DNA of 63,434 bases, counting the filler, from Octopus bimaculoides (Eukaryota): NCBI RefSeq assembly GCF_001194135.2. It is 7 parts of 7 records of this genome, joined end to end, with 100 filler letters (N's around TTAATTAATTAA, not from the genome) between each part and the next. Parts side by side here need not be neighbours in the genome. Positions count along the whole stretch, not along the records: positions 50,796 to 56,341 come from NC_069002.1; positions 56,442 to 60,845 come from NC_069008.1; positions 60,946 to 63,434 come from NW_026382134.1; 4 more parts are not named here. One strand, given 5' to 3'. Of this stretch, positions 51,349 to 63,375 are shown piece after piece (within the stretch, counting starts at the first letter, position 1; every line of letters begins with the position of its first letter). Under the pieces are notes generated by a model. The model was not told the origin of the DNA and made no database searches. It saw nothing but the letters and a program-made list of their open reading frames with translations. The position numbers and the translations under genes were made by a program.

Positions 51349-51629
51349 TTAGTTTCTTTTCATATCACGTTAACCACAGTTTTAAGACGTTGTTTCTGTC
51401 TCAAGGCAATAAAAAGACAATGCCAGGTAGCTAAAGGGAGATAACTCTGACAATACTGCCATGATCGCAGTTCAGCTCAGCTTCCGTGGACTTGTAATTA
51501 AATGTATTCCAGGTATAAACCATCGTGTCTTTTAGGGGACTATGTGGGACTACATCGTCCATTCCTTATTCAAGACAGTAGCGTGTGGTTTGAAAGGCAT
51601 TCAGCTACTGTTTTTAGTAGATTGAGTGA

Positions 51630-51757
51630 CCCCCAACCACATGATTCTGGCTTCAGTCCCACTGCATGGCACTTTGGGCAAATGTCTTCTGGCATAGCTT
51701 TGGATTGACCAGAGCCTTTTGAGTAGATTTGGTAGACGGAAGCTGAAAGAAGTTCGT

Positions 51758-51770
<13 letters not shown>
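51630..51770 (+). mobile_element. Family D SINE, 5' half
   Basis: cagtcccactgcatggcactttgggcaaatgtcttct...gatttggtagacggaagctgaaagaag. Confidence 0.8.
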
Positions 51771-51789
<19 letters not shown>

Positions 51790-51794
51790 AAGAT

Positions 51795-51918
51795 ATAGAA
51801 GTGCCAAATTAGACTGGAGCCTGGTGTTGCCATCCGGTTTCACCAGTCCTCAGTCAAATCGTCCAACCCATGCTAGCATGGAAAGCGGACGTTAAACGAT
51901 GATGATGATGATGATGAT
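51795..51918 (+). mobile_element. Family E retroposon 3' end with (GAT)n tail
   Basis: Reverse complement of 36712-36830. Confidence 0.8.
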
Positions 51919-52029
51919 AGAAGTTCTCTGTTTGTTTTATGGTTCATTGGTTGGTATTTAGCAGAAAGTCTTTCCTTCTTATGAGCATCCAAGCCATTTC
52001 TTTACTCTGAGGTGTTCTCGAAACATTGC

Positions 52030-52106
52030 CTATGGGGGTCCACCAGAATAAAATAGTAATAAAAGGGGTCCATAGATAAAAAAAAAAAGGGTTGAGAACC
52101 CCTGGT
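52030..52106. mobile_element. hAT-like MITE end; related ends at about 33830-33875 and 62922-62975
   Basis: gggttgagaacccctg is the reverse complement of CAGGGGTTCTCAACCC, a typical hAT/Charlie-type TIR. Similar ggttctcaaccc and gggctttcaacc occur elsewhere. Confidence 0.5.
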
Positions 52107-52276
52107 CTGAAGAAAGAATCAAAAACCAGTTCCACAATGGCTGACCAGTTTGTAAAATGTAAATTAGAATGAAAGAATTTTTTTCATATTTCCATCAATT
52201 GAATATAATTTCCATGATGGCCTTTTTTGATTGAAATGTTTAAATTACATTTTTGTTTTATTTGTTTTTCTTCCAG

Positions 52277-52460
52277 GTTTGTTCCTTACCTGAGCAGTTT
52301 TGTGAAATATCTTATCGTCCTCTTGGTACTTGTAGCTCTGGGTGTTTTTCTTTATTTCTCTGCATTCTCCTATGGCAATATTCCCCTAACAGCTGCAGAC
52401 ATTCAACAGATGTCTTGGAAAGACAGTTGGGATTTTCTGGTGCGTGTTAAATTAAGATAA
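52277..52460 (+). CDS. POMT1: Terminal coding exon of protein O-mannosyltransferase 1
   Basis: Acceptor tttgtttttcttccag|G (phase 2). Encodes FVPYLSSFVKYLIVLLVLVALGVFLYFSAFSYGNIPLTAADIQQMSWKDSWDFLVRVKLR*: a last TM helix plus YG-x13-WKDSWD, matching my recollection of human POMT1 ([30 protein letters not shown]). The YG-to-W spacing is longer in POMT2. Confidence 0.8.
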
Positions 52461-53612
52461 AAACATTTATATTCTTTAAATATCCCCTACTTCATCTTCA
52501 TCACTTTTCTCCCCCACCTCACAATTGTTACATCACCTGTGTTTCCATAGGTAATAATGAGAAGATAAGGTGACGATGTCTTGATGTTCTGGTCACTTAA
52601 AAACTTTAATATCTCCATGCAACGAGTCTTTTAATATGAACCAAAGTAACAACCACAAGATTGTCAGTTGATATTTTAGTGGTTTCTCATTTTCTGGTTT
52701 CCCTGTCTTTTCGATCTAGTTTAACAGAATTTCATCTTCAGAAAAAAATGTTCACTTTGTTTTAGAAATTGTAAGGTAAAGAAAATATTGGAAAATATTC
52801 TGACTCTAAAAACAATAAGCTGAAGGTAGCAAAGACTGTTTGACCAACTGAGCTTCTTGCAACACTTCCTGGCTCTAGTTTGTCTAGGAATTCTGCTACA
52901 TGAAATGCGTAATATATAAGTGATATCTGACCATAATGTAAATCTCCAGTTAAAGATATATCTATGTCATTAGCATAAATTAAGTTAAAATTAACATAAA
53001 ATTATAGTTTGTTACTTTGAAATTAATAATTTCATTTCTTTCGAGTAAAAACAAATCTCTCTCTTTTTTTAAATACCTGAGAGGAACTATGAATATGTTT
53101 TAATTATTCAAACTATTAATTGCATGATGCTTTTTTAAATTTATTAAAATATTTATATTTATTAAACATCCAATATTAAAATATTTTCCATTTCCAAAGA
53201 TGACGTTATTCACCTGATTAACTATACAATCATATAAATCTAATTTAATTTGTGTTTTTAATGATCTTTTGATTGACTAAAGCATTTAAAATTTTCTTTA
53301 GTCATTTTTTAACATTTTATTTGTTGTTGTTGGTAGGGTTGGCAGCATTGCTGAAAATCATCTTCTCTGATTTAAAACCTTGCTGTCCTATTTATGAAGC
53401 ACTATATAGTCTCTCTACATCCAGCAGATCTCAACAGTTTCAATTCAAGGAACTTGTGGAGTAAGGGTTAATCGACAAAGATTAGCCAAATCTTGAATCC
53501 TTAGAGATTAGCTAAAATTAATTTATAGGGTGGAAACTCGACTCTTATCCTAGTTCATCAGAAGCGCCAAAAACAACTCGACAGTGTCTTGGAGGCTTGT
53601 TGAACAGCGTCT

Positions 53613-53720
53613 GTGTATGACGGCCTAATGGCGACATGTGTATGATGGCCTAATAGTGACACAAATGTATATGGTGGCCTAATAGCAACATAAACGTGTA
53701 TGGTGGCCTAATACTGACAT
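53613..53720. repeat. Four-copy 25-29 bp minisatellite (GTGTATGGTGGCCTAAT core)
   Basis: Units start at 53613, 53638, 53667 and 53696. Confidence 0.85.
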
Positions 53721-53867
53721 CATGTAACCAATCATTCTCTCATTTTTACAATCTAGTCATTTACATACTATGGAAGCACAGTTGTTTACATTATGGTGAG
53801 ACATGAAGACATGGTGACAGAGTTCATTCTCGATCACTGTTGCATATATTTTTGTTGTATAAAGTGC

Positions 53868-53873
53868 AATAAA
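53868..53873 (+). terminator. Candidate poly(A) signal for the POMT1 transcript
   Basis: AATAAA followed by a T-rich tract, 1.4 kb after the stop codon. Other AATAAA sites exist. Confidence 0.25.
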
Positions 53874-54947
53874 TTTCGTTTTTTTTTTTTAGACCTGCCG
53901 ACATTTTAAAATCAACATCATTACATGTAATACATCATACTAGAGGCTTCTCTCCCACCCCCTCAACTACCCCATGGAACCATCACCACTGCCTCCACCT
54001 CCATCGGTCAGTGGAGAACCAAGCACCTACATGTTTGCTTGACCTGTTAGAAAGAGTAGTCAAATATCTCTCAAACCTCTCACCATACAATCTTAAGCAG
54101 GGAACGGAACACACTAGATAATCTAGTCCTTGATATGCAAAAATAACTAGTTGGTCGTGGTTGGAATGCCTTTTTACTGTAATTATACTTTAGTTATAAT
54201 TACAGTATAACTACAGTATACTGTAATTACTACTACTACAAACATTCACTAGTCCAATTATCAATTATAAGGGTAGTAGTGGTGGCAATATCTCCATATG
54301 GAGAGGCTGTGGATATAGCTAGCTTTACATTTACAGCTTGTAGAAGGGCAGTTGTTATATTTAATGCAAGATGCTTTGAGGTTGTTTACAAACTGAAAAC
54401 ATGGGTCTCGATGATTGTAACACTGTAGACTTAAACTTGCCCAAGGTGGTGGTGGTACCTCTACACAACGAACATTACATAAACATACAGATAGCGCGTG
54501 CTGTTATCTCAACATACTGCCAACCATACATGCATCCTGATGTCTGCTGTTAACTATGTAACATCTTTGTTTAATAAACAGACAGGCCTCTACTCTTGGC
54601 TCAAGATACTGGCTGTCGTGTAGATACATGTATACATAAAAGATGTCTTATAATGGCTGTTATGCTATATAAACATACAGGTTATTTGCTGCCAGTTCCA
54701 TAATATCTATATGTTTAACAAACATTCAATTATCTACTGTGAGCTCTACATTGTATGTTCATTAGACATACCAGCCAAATATTTACCTGCTGAAACATTG
54801 AAAAATGAATTTTTAAAAATAAACAATTATCAGAAGAAACCAAAAAAAAAAAAAACTCCAAGAAGTCAAACTTAACAGAAACATATTTTAAAGCTTTATT
54901 TATAATAAATTCTATTAAAAAACTGGAACAAATGATATTTTTTTTTA

Positions 54948-55150
54948 TTTGTTATATGCATGTTATTAATAGTATTTATGAGTTGTTACAATATTAACAC
55001 CATATTGTTATATGCATGTTATAGTAATATTTATAAGAGTTTCATATTGACATTGAGTTATTATAATATTGACATCATATTGTTATATGTATGTTGTAAT
55101 ATTTAGGAGTTTATATTGTATGTATATTTATATATATAGTGTTATGTATG
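54948..55150. repeat. Degenerate AT-rich tandem repeat (ttgttatatgcatgttat... units)
   Basis: The motif recurs near 54948, 55004 and 55080, with a weaker fourth copy. Confidence 0.6.
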
Positions 55151-55189
55151 TTGTATTTATATAGTTTAATGGTTTCAAGTTTTGGGTTA

Positions 55190-55415
55190 AGGTCAGCAGT
55201 CTTAGGCTAATGTGTAAGTTGATTACATCAACCCTAGTGCATAACTGGTACTTATTTTATCCACCCTGAAAGGACGACAGGCAAAGTCGACCTCATCCTT
55301 TCGGTGGGGGTGGATGGTCAGTAAAATAAGTACCAGTTGAGCAATGGTGGTGGGGTGTCGATGTAATCGACTCAATCCTCTCCTCACAAAATTGCAGGCC
55401 TTGTGCCTTTAGCAG
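55190..55415. mobile_element. Two family B SINE 3' halves fused in inverted orientation; a third decayed minus copy lies at about 55445-55570
   Basis: aactggtacttattttatccaccctgaaagga versus tcctttcgg...gggtgga...gtaaaataagtaccagtt. Confidence 0.75.
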
Positions 55416-56227
55416 AAAAAGGCATTCATAACACTTAAACCAGAATGGTTACAAATTTACACACAAAGCCAGAAAATTTGAGGTGGGGGAAGTTAGTTGA
55501 TTACATCCTACCCCCCAATATATGGCTGGTACGTTATTTAATCAACCAGAGGTAGACTTAGCCTTAGCAGGATTTAGGAGTTTAATTATACTGTAATTAC
55601 TACTAAATATTCATTCAGTATAACTAAATTATTGCTATTGTAAATGTTAAAGTATTATCAATATTATTATTTTATAATCATAGCTGTTACATGTAGACTA
55701 GTTAGCTAATAATGCCATAATTTTGATAAATTATTCTCACATTATGTGTATGTATATATATCTCAAATAAGTAACAAGGCTATCAAGGTATTAATGCATT
55801 ACATTTTAACAGTCAAGATATACTATTATAATTTTTAGCAAGTATTTCATCAGAGCTAGAGAAGGAAAGAATTCCATGTTGTTACTAATGTGGCACTGAA
55901 GATGGCGCTGTATTTCAAATTGATGTAATGCTTGCATTGTTTGATTAAATGGAGACGTCCGAAGCCACTGCATTTCACTAATATCTGGACATCTTTGTCA
56001 CTTATTTGATTTTTATCCACCTTACTTTGAGCCTTGCAAATAATACTGGATTGCTCAGGTGCATCTACCTAAGTACCTTATACAACTGAATCATAATTAT
56101 TTCTTATATTTATCTACGTAAAACATGCATTAACGAGGGAGATTTACTTGAGAGGATGTGTGTGTTTTCTTGTTAGTTATTCTTCCCCTAGTTAATCTGA
56201 ATAAGATAGGTTATAGCATGCGAAATC

Positions 56228-56341
56228 ATATAAATAAATAAATATATTTATATATATATATATATAAATAAATAAATATATTTATATATATATATATATA
56301 TAAATAAATAAATATATTTATATATATATATATATATATAA
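56228..56341. repeat. Three copies of a taaataaataaatatattt(at)n unit
   Basis: Read directly from the sequence. Confidence 0.85.
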
Positions 56342-56441
56342 NNNNNNNNNNNNNNNNNNNNNNNNNNNNNNNNNNNNNNNNNNNNTTAATTAATTAANNN
56401 NNNNNNNNNNNNNNNNNNNNNNNNNNNNNNNNNNNNNNNNN

Positions 56442-56503
<62 letters not shown>

Positions 56504-56981
56504 CGTGCATGAGTTTTTATGTGGATTTATTTCCTTTGTATCAGACATGTATTCATTTCTTACTGGCAACGTCTATCTAGTTTTATTGCCTAATAATCTT
56601 GCGCTCTCAGTCGTTTGGCCTTAATGATTTACTGGCTTCTCTAGCATTTAACTCTCTTACCCCGCCCCGCCCTTTTCCCTTTCTTCCTCCTACACTCTTC
56701 TCTCGCGCGTATGAGCTTTGATAGAGGCGTCTACGTTGTTTTGACATTCTTGATGTAATGCTTTGTCTGCAATTTATGTAGCCTACGATGTTTGATCATT
56801 TGCATAACGGGGCAAAGTCTATATATCCGGAGCTTCAACATTGATCATTGTATTTATGACGCGACACTGATGAGGTGAACATAATTGCATAATGTCTCTA
56901 CTTGTTACGTAATCATCTCGACAAATTGATGAAACGCGCGTATATCCAGTAAAGCTTTAAATACCATACCTGTTGTCTGCT

Positions 56982-57013
<32 letters not shown>

Positions 57014-58663
57014 TGTATGTATGTATGTATAGAAAGGGGGAGAGAGAGATTAACATAAAAAAAGCAAAATATTTGGCATCACTCAAATAAAAAAAGCGTT
57101 TAATTTAAATAGAGAATATAAACAGAATCTCGGTATCCTCTACCTAAATTAAATGTTTTTTTTTGTGTGTTTGAGTGATGCCAACTATTTTACTTTTTTC
57201 ATGTTTTTCATTTTTATTTTAATCTGAATCCACTCGCTCAAGGAGAAACCAGTTCTAGCCGCTTCCGATTGGTACTCTCAACACAACAGTTTTCAGTTGC
57301 AACTCAAGCCGGAGTTTTAGTGATAAGCCAAACTTTTCACTCATAGTACATACCTATTACATTAAATCAAATGACGGAAACTCCTTGTATAGGATAGTAT
57401 AGTATAACGTGTGTATATACATGTGTATATATATATATATATATATATATGCATGCATATGTGTTTGTGTGTGTGTGTGTATACAGCCAAAGTAAGGATG
57501 GTGGTGTTGGTTGTGGTGGTGTTGGTTGTGGTGGTGTTGGCAATGGACTAAATGTTGGTAGTCGTGTAACATGCCAAAAGCAAATCACTTTTCGTAATCC
57601 TTTCATTTTACCATCGTCACATCACTGTAAAATATACACCCTTTACACAACCACCGTAACTACATAATCACTACGCTACAAATTCAAGATTGCTTTAACT
57701 ACACCCCTAAACCCCCACATTTAGTGCAATCACTCACTGTCACACCCCAAATCCTATTATATACTGCTTGTATGTACCGACTACAATCAACTTGCCTGCT
57801 TCTCTTCCACCATCACCACTATCACCACCACCTTTAACTAACCAGTCTAAATCCCCGCACACCACATCACTACCATCCAACTACTCCCAAGCATCATTCA
57901 TTATCCCTATTCCGCCACTACCAACACATGTTCAACTCAAGTCAACAAGGGAGCCTCTTTATGACCAGAAATAGCGGCTAAATCTCTCTTAAATTACACC
58001 TATCGTCTTGCAAAAAAGAAAAGTCGCATTGAATGAAGCTGTCCTAGATAGCTGGAAAAAAGACAGATAGCCATGGCTAGAATGTCTTTCGTCGTCTGTC
58101 GGTCTGCTCAATTATGTCCCGTATGAAGCTGACCATTAACAACACAATACGACAAACGAAAACATCTTCACTGTCGCCATTGCCACCATTATTAGAACTA
58201 GTATCACCACCAACATCGCTTGCACCGCCACCATAAACACCACCATCACCACGGCCATCATCACCACTTTCTCCAAAAATATTATCATCGACGCCATTGC
58301 CATCACCAGTGTCACAGACATCACCTACACCGTCACAATCAGAATTTGATTCATAAAACCAGCCAACTCCAAAAACACCACCGTAGCTACACCACTCCTC
58401 ATCCATCAAACGTAATCCCTTCTACCGCACCACCACCCCATCCATAGAACTGACACTCTCACATCACCCTTTCCGCCCACTATCACCAATCTCCGTTCAT
58501 CTCTGAATGTTTATGGCGAAACAAAAGTCCTGACAAATTGAATGGTATTTCATGAGATAGATGGACAAAGTGATAACAGCACGGCGAAATGCAGCATCTT
58601 AAGTGGTGATTCAGCTCGCAAGAAATAGCAGCTAAATGTTTCTCTCTCTTTTCTCTCTCTCTC

Positions 58664-58700
<37 letters not shown>

Positions 58701-60212
58701 TTTCTCTCTGTCTTTCTCTCTCTCTTTCTCTTTGTTTATATACTGTTCCGTTATCGATGGGATTTATCTATCTATATTATCTATCTATCTATCTAATCTA
58801 TCTACACACACGCAAACACACACACACACNNNNNNNNNNNNNNNNNNNNNNNNNNNNNNNNNNNNNNNNNNNNNNNNNNNNNNNNNNNNNNNNNNNNNNN
58901 NNNNNNACACGCACACACATATATATATATATACAAGCGATTATGCGTATTAAATACATTTAATATAATAGTTTGGGTATGAAATATAAAATATGCATAT
59001 AATGCATGCATGCAAAACGAGAGAGAATTTCAGATAATAGATCCTTAAGTATAAATAAATAGATATTTATATTAATAGGTCCACCTTACACAGAATACAA
59101 ACGACAGAGAAAATCAAACGGGTGGAATAAAGGTGTTATAAGTCTAACAGTAGTTTCTTGCGGCTCGGAGATACATAATAATATTGGTAGATGTAGTTCA
59201 TCACAACATGCAACCGTTTATTCCAGCCCTTTCTCTGTCGTTTATCTGAATAGTTGCCTCTATACCTACTCAACTTGATCCCTCGTATAGCCTTTCTTTA
59301 CTTTGTGGAATCGATCCCCCGTGAATACATCGGAGTCTCAGTTTGAATCTTTTGAACGCTACTAAGTGTCGTCTAGAGGGAGAATCTATGGATCTCATCT
59401 GTGGACTAGATATATGTAAGCGATGCCTTGAAAGGTGTAACGGCAGAAGTTAATTTTTGTAATCAATAATATGGAACATCGGAGTCGTAATCAGTTTGTA
59501 AGGATTGGTTCTTCGTTGATTGCCATTATGTAAAAATGAAAGAACAGTGATTGAAGTTGTGAAGAAAACATTTATTTTACCGTTGCATTATACAATACAT
59601 TACCTCGACGGGCAGGTGATGAAATGGTAGAGCATGCAAAGTAAAATTTTAATTTCGGCCTGTATGTTCTTATTGTAGTAGTAAACCATAGAGAGAGATA
59701 TGGTAATGCGCAGAGAAGAGAAAGTGAGTTAGTGAAAGTAAGAGAGTGTGGGACGTTGGCTCGCATAGTCGCTGATTGTAAACTTCATTTCTCCCTCTGG
59801 CCGTTTGGCCGCCTGCTTGTGGCCATGACTAGCTGTCCACTCACTCGAGTTGTCACTAACTGATTAATTTAGTTGTCACCAAGTGACTAACTGATTTTTT
59901 CTTGAGGATTCTTGATTTTATAACTACCCAGAACGATAGACATATCATTTATATCAATAGATGTAGTTGGTAGTCTTGTTATCTTAATTCTAGCTATTGG
60001 TGATGTAAAAGAGGTTAGAAGGGTCAAGTGGCGGAAACATTATTTCGGCCTAGCTAAGGCATCTGGAAAATGTAAAACTGCTGTCACAGAAAAAACTATT
60101 GTTCTACCGTGAGAAAAGTTCTGTTGAACTGTTACTTGAAATTTGGCTAGGGTGGATCGAATCCACTTCATGCCTGCAATGATTCACTACATATACATAC
60201 ATACATACATTC

Positions 60213-60264
<52 letters not shown>

Positions 60265-60374
60265 ACATTTTGCAAGCAAAATTAGAAGGGCCGAGTGAGT
60301 TGGTGTTATACAGGAAATAAAGGAATTCTCGAACACAAGATGGTTGTTTTCAAAGCTAAGAAAATCAGGTAAAT

Positions 60375-60455
60375 GCTTTTAGAAGATGGGGCGAACCCTG
60401 TACCTCTCCAATTCCGGCTGAGCGTTCTGTACCATTAAGCTAAGAGACCGCTGAC
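60375..60455 (-). mobile_element. tRNA-derived SINE head (pseudo-tRNA)
   Basis: Reverse complement ggtctcttagcttaatggtacagaacgc...gagaggtacagggttcgcccc has A-box and B-box-like motifs but no closed cloverleaf. Confidence 0.5.
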
Positions 60456-60774
60456 AACACATCCTTTCTATAACGTTAGATAATAGCTTTTGGAATATGA
60501 GAACATTTTGTAAATAAAGTTAGAAGCGCAGAACATACAGGTATGCCAGAGAATATATAGGAAAGCAGCTTAGAAAATCGAGCAAATACTCTTTTTAAAA
60601 GATGGAGAAAAAGTGACCAGCAGGCTTCTACAGAGAATCGAATACGTCATGGAAATAATGAGAGACAAAGAACTGGTGGTGGAAAAACTCTTGACAGCTT
60701 AGATAAATTATTGGACCACATTAGCGAAGGAGTAAAAGGCCAGCCAGGTAAGGATAAAAGCCACGTATAGAACT

Positions 60775-60845
<71 letters not shown>

Positions 60846-61369
60846 NNNNNNNNNNNNNNNNNNNNNNNNNNNNNNNNNNNNNNNNNNNNTTAATTAATTA
60901 ANNNNNNNNNNNNNNNNNNNNNNNNNNNNNNNNNNNNNNNNNNNNGTGTGTGTGTGTGTGCGTGTGTGCATACACACATACATATAATATATACATACAT
61001 TCATATATGTATATATATATATATGTGTATATATATATATGAATGCATGTATATACTATATGTATGTGTGTATGCATGTATATATATGTGTGTATGTATA
61101 TATATATATATATTTGCATACATACATACATATAATATATAATGCATTCATATATATATATATATATATANNNNNNNNNNNNNNNNNNNNNNNNNNNNNN
61201 NNNNNNNNNNNNNNNNNNNNNNNNNNNNNNNNNNNNNNNNNNNNNNNNNNNNNNNNNNNNNNNNNNNNNNNNNNNNNNNNNNNNNNNNNNNNNNNNNNNN
61301 NNNNNNNNNNATATATATAAATATATGTGTGTATATATATATACATGTATATATACATACATACTCAAA

Positions 61370-61414
<45 letters not shown>

Positions 61415-61841
61415 GCATGAACACAATACAGGACAATTTTCAAGAGAAATAACAAGTTAACCACGAAAAGCGAACGATAATGATGCAGGTTGAGGGTGCC
61501 ATGGTGTTGAGTCCGTTCGAATATTATTCATCGCAGCTGTTCACTCTGACAAATGCAGAGACACACCCATCATACAATTTTGGGTCAAATCCCGATATGC
61601 TTGAATGCGTTTTCGATAATCGACCGCGCTTGTTGCAGTTTTGCTAGGTGCTGTGCTAATTGATTGTGCGTGGAGGTGGAGGGTCTGTCTGTGGGTGTTT
61701 CTATATATTCATGCACTCATGTTCCTTAAGGCATGTTGTGCTCATTTGTGTGTGTGACTGTGTATGCACTTCAAGACATACATTGATATGTATGTGTACT
61801 TGCATATGTGTATACTTACGTATTTGTCTCTTTATACATAC

Positions 61842-62062
61842 ATACGGGAAGTGCCGAAAGTTCCTGGCTTTGATTAAAACAAAATGCAGAAAGATCAGTT
61901 AATTTTAATTTTATCCAACATATTTCTCTCTCAGGTTCACACACTCATTGCAGCGGTCCTTCAGTTTTTGTAAGCCCTGTAAAAGAACTCAGAAAGTTGG
62001 GCCTCCAACTAGGACTTTTGCAATACCCTTAAAGCCAGGAAATTTTCTGTACTCTCTCGAAT
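61842..62062. mobile_element. Mariner-derived MITE
   Basis: Imperfect TIRs tacgggaagtgccgaaagttcctggcttt and aaagccaggaaattttctgtactctctcgaata. Confidence 0.75.
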
Positions 62063-62083
62063 ATATACTCACACACATATGTA

Positions 62084-62119
<36 letters not shown>

Positions 62120-62678
62120 TACATATATATATATATGTATGTATGTATGTATGCGTGTATATATACATATGCATATATATATAGCTAATCCCCCCAAAAA
62201 AACGAAGAACAAACACAAGAAAAAAACCAACAACAACGCGAGAACGTGGTGTATATATATATCTATATATATATACGCACACATATATATTCATATATAT
62301 ATATGTATATATATATGTAAATAAATGCACGCACGCACGATGGCACACATATGTATGTATGTATGTATGATATACGAACAGACATAAACAAATATATACG
62401 CTACAAACAAACATACGTTATAAGAATATATATTTATAGCTATAAAAGTTACGAGGAGTTTTCGTCTAGGTGATTCAAACTAATAGAAATGCACGCTGAG
62501 CGCTCAATTTGGTATACTCTTCAAATTCCAGTTTGAACTGCAGTTGAACATACGACTTAACGACTGTTTTGCTAAAGCGGCTAGAAGTTACTTCCCCTTG
62601 AGCCGGTAGGTATAGATTAAAGCAGAAATGAAGAAGCAAGCGGTTTGGCAAAACTTGTCAAGGACATTTAAATTTTCC

Positions 62679-62857
62679 AACCATATATTTACCCTGATCC
62701 TGTCATTGGCTGTACTTAGAGTACTCAACCACATCTTTACGAACACAAACAGAACAACAAGGCCTTTTGAGTTAAGAGAGTTCCCAGCGTTCGTAAATAT
62801 GTTGTTGAGTTCTCTAAATACAACCAAAGAGACAGGATTCGGGTAAATATGTGGTTG
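62679..62857. repeat. Long imperfect inverted repeat (arms of about 66-69 bp, loop of about 44 nt)
   Basis: aaccatatatttaccctgatcctgtc/gacaggattcgggtaaatatgtggtt and actcaaccacatctttacgaac/gttcgtaaatatgttgttgagt. Confidence 0.85.
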
Positions 62858-63143
62858 AGTTGGTGTGTTGATTGAACTTTCGATGCACATACCCGTATGT
62901 GTGCATCTCTTCGCCTAAAGTAGGGGCTTTCAACCATTTTTTGCCTATGGACTCCTTTGATCCCATTTTATTCAACGTTCAAAAGATCCTATTGTATTTT
63001 CATAATCAAATAATATTAGGACGTGTATAAAAATTGCTAAAAAATTTTATGTATTGCGGACATATAACCAATTTATTGCACATAGACCTTACTGGTCTGA
63101 AGTACAGTTTTTGTTCGTGTGTGTGTGTGTGTGTGTGTGTATC

Positions 63144-63350
63144 TGTGTTTGTCCCCTCACTATCGCTTGATAGCCGATTTTGGTGTGTTTATGTCCCCCG
63201 TAACCTAGCGCTTCGGCAAAAAAGTTTCCGATAGAATAAGTACCAGGCTTACAAAGTCCGGTGAGGGTTGATTTGCTCGACTAAAATGCGGTGCTCCAGC
63301 ATGGCCGCAGTCAAATGACTGAAACAGGTAAAAGAAAGAATAAAAGAAAG
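63144..63350 (+). mobile_element. Family D SINE, 3' half
   Basis: atcgcttgatagccg...ccccgtaacctagcg...gcggtgctccagcatggccgcagtcaaatgactgaaacaggtaaaagaaag. Confidence 0.85.
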
Positions 63351-63375
63351 ATTATGAAAAAAAATTAACGTTATA

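Noticed and set aside
53613-53720. Repeat-spacer-like pattern as a mini-CRISPR
   Set aside because: Linkers are only 8-12 nt and are related to each other; this is an ordinary minisatellite.
56868-56945. CTGATGA...GAAACGCGCGTA hammerhead-like boxes
   Set aside because: No stem II adjacent to GAAA and no stem I pairing.
58077-58409. ORF with DCDGVGDVCD, resembling a thrombospondin type 3 repeat
   Set aside because: It is embedded in degenerate GAT/GGT low-complexity DNA; one motif can arise by chance.
60375-60455. Functional tRNA gene
   Set aside because: Acceptor and anticodon stems do not close; treated as a SINE head.
62588-62890. 100-aa ORF resembling GPCR TM6-TM7 or a Cys-loop receptor C-terminus
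   Set aside because: It overlies a long DNA inverted repeat that better explains the sequence, and it lacks NPxxY or other diagnostic motifs.
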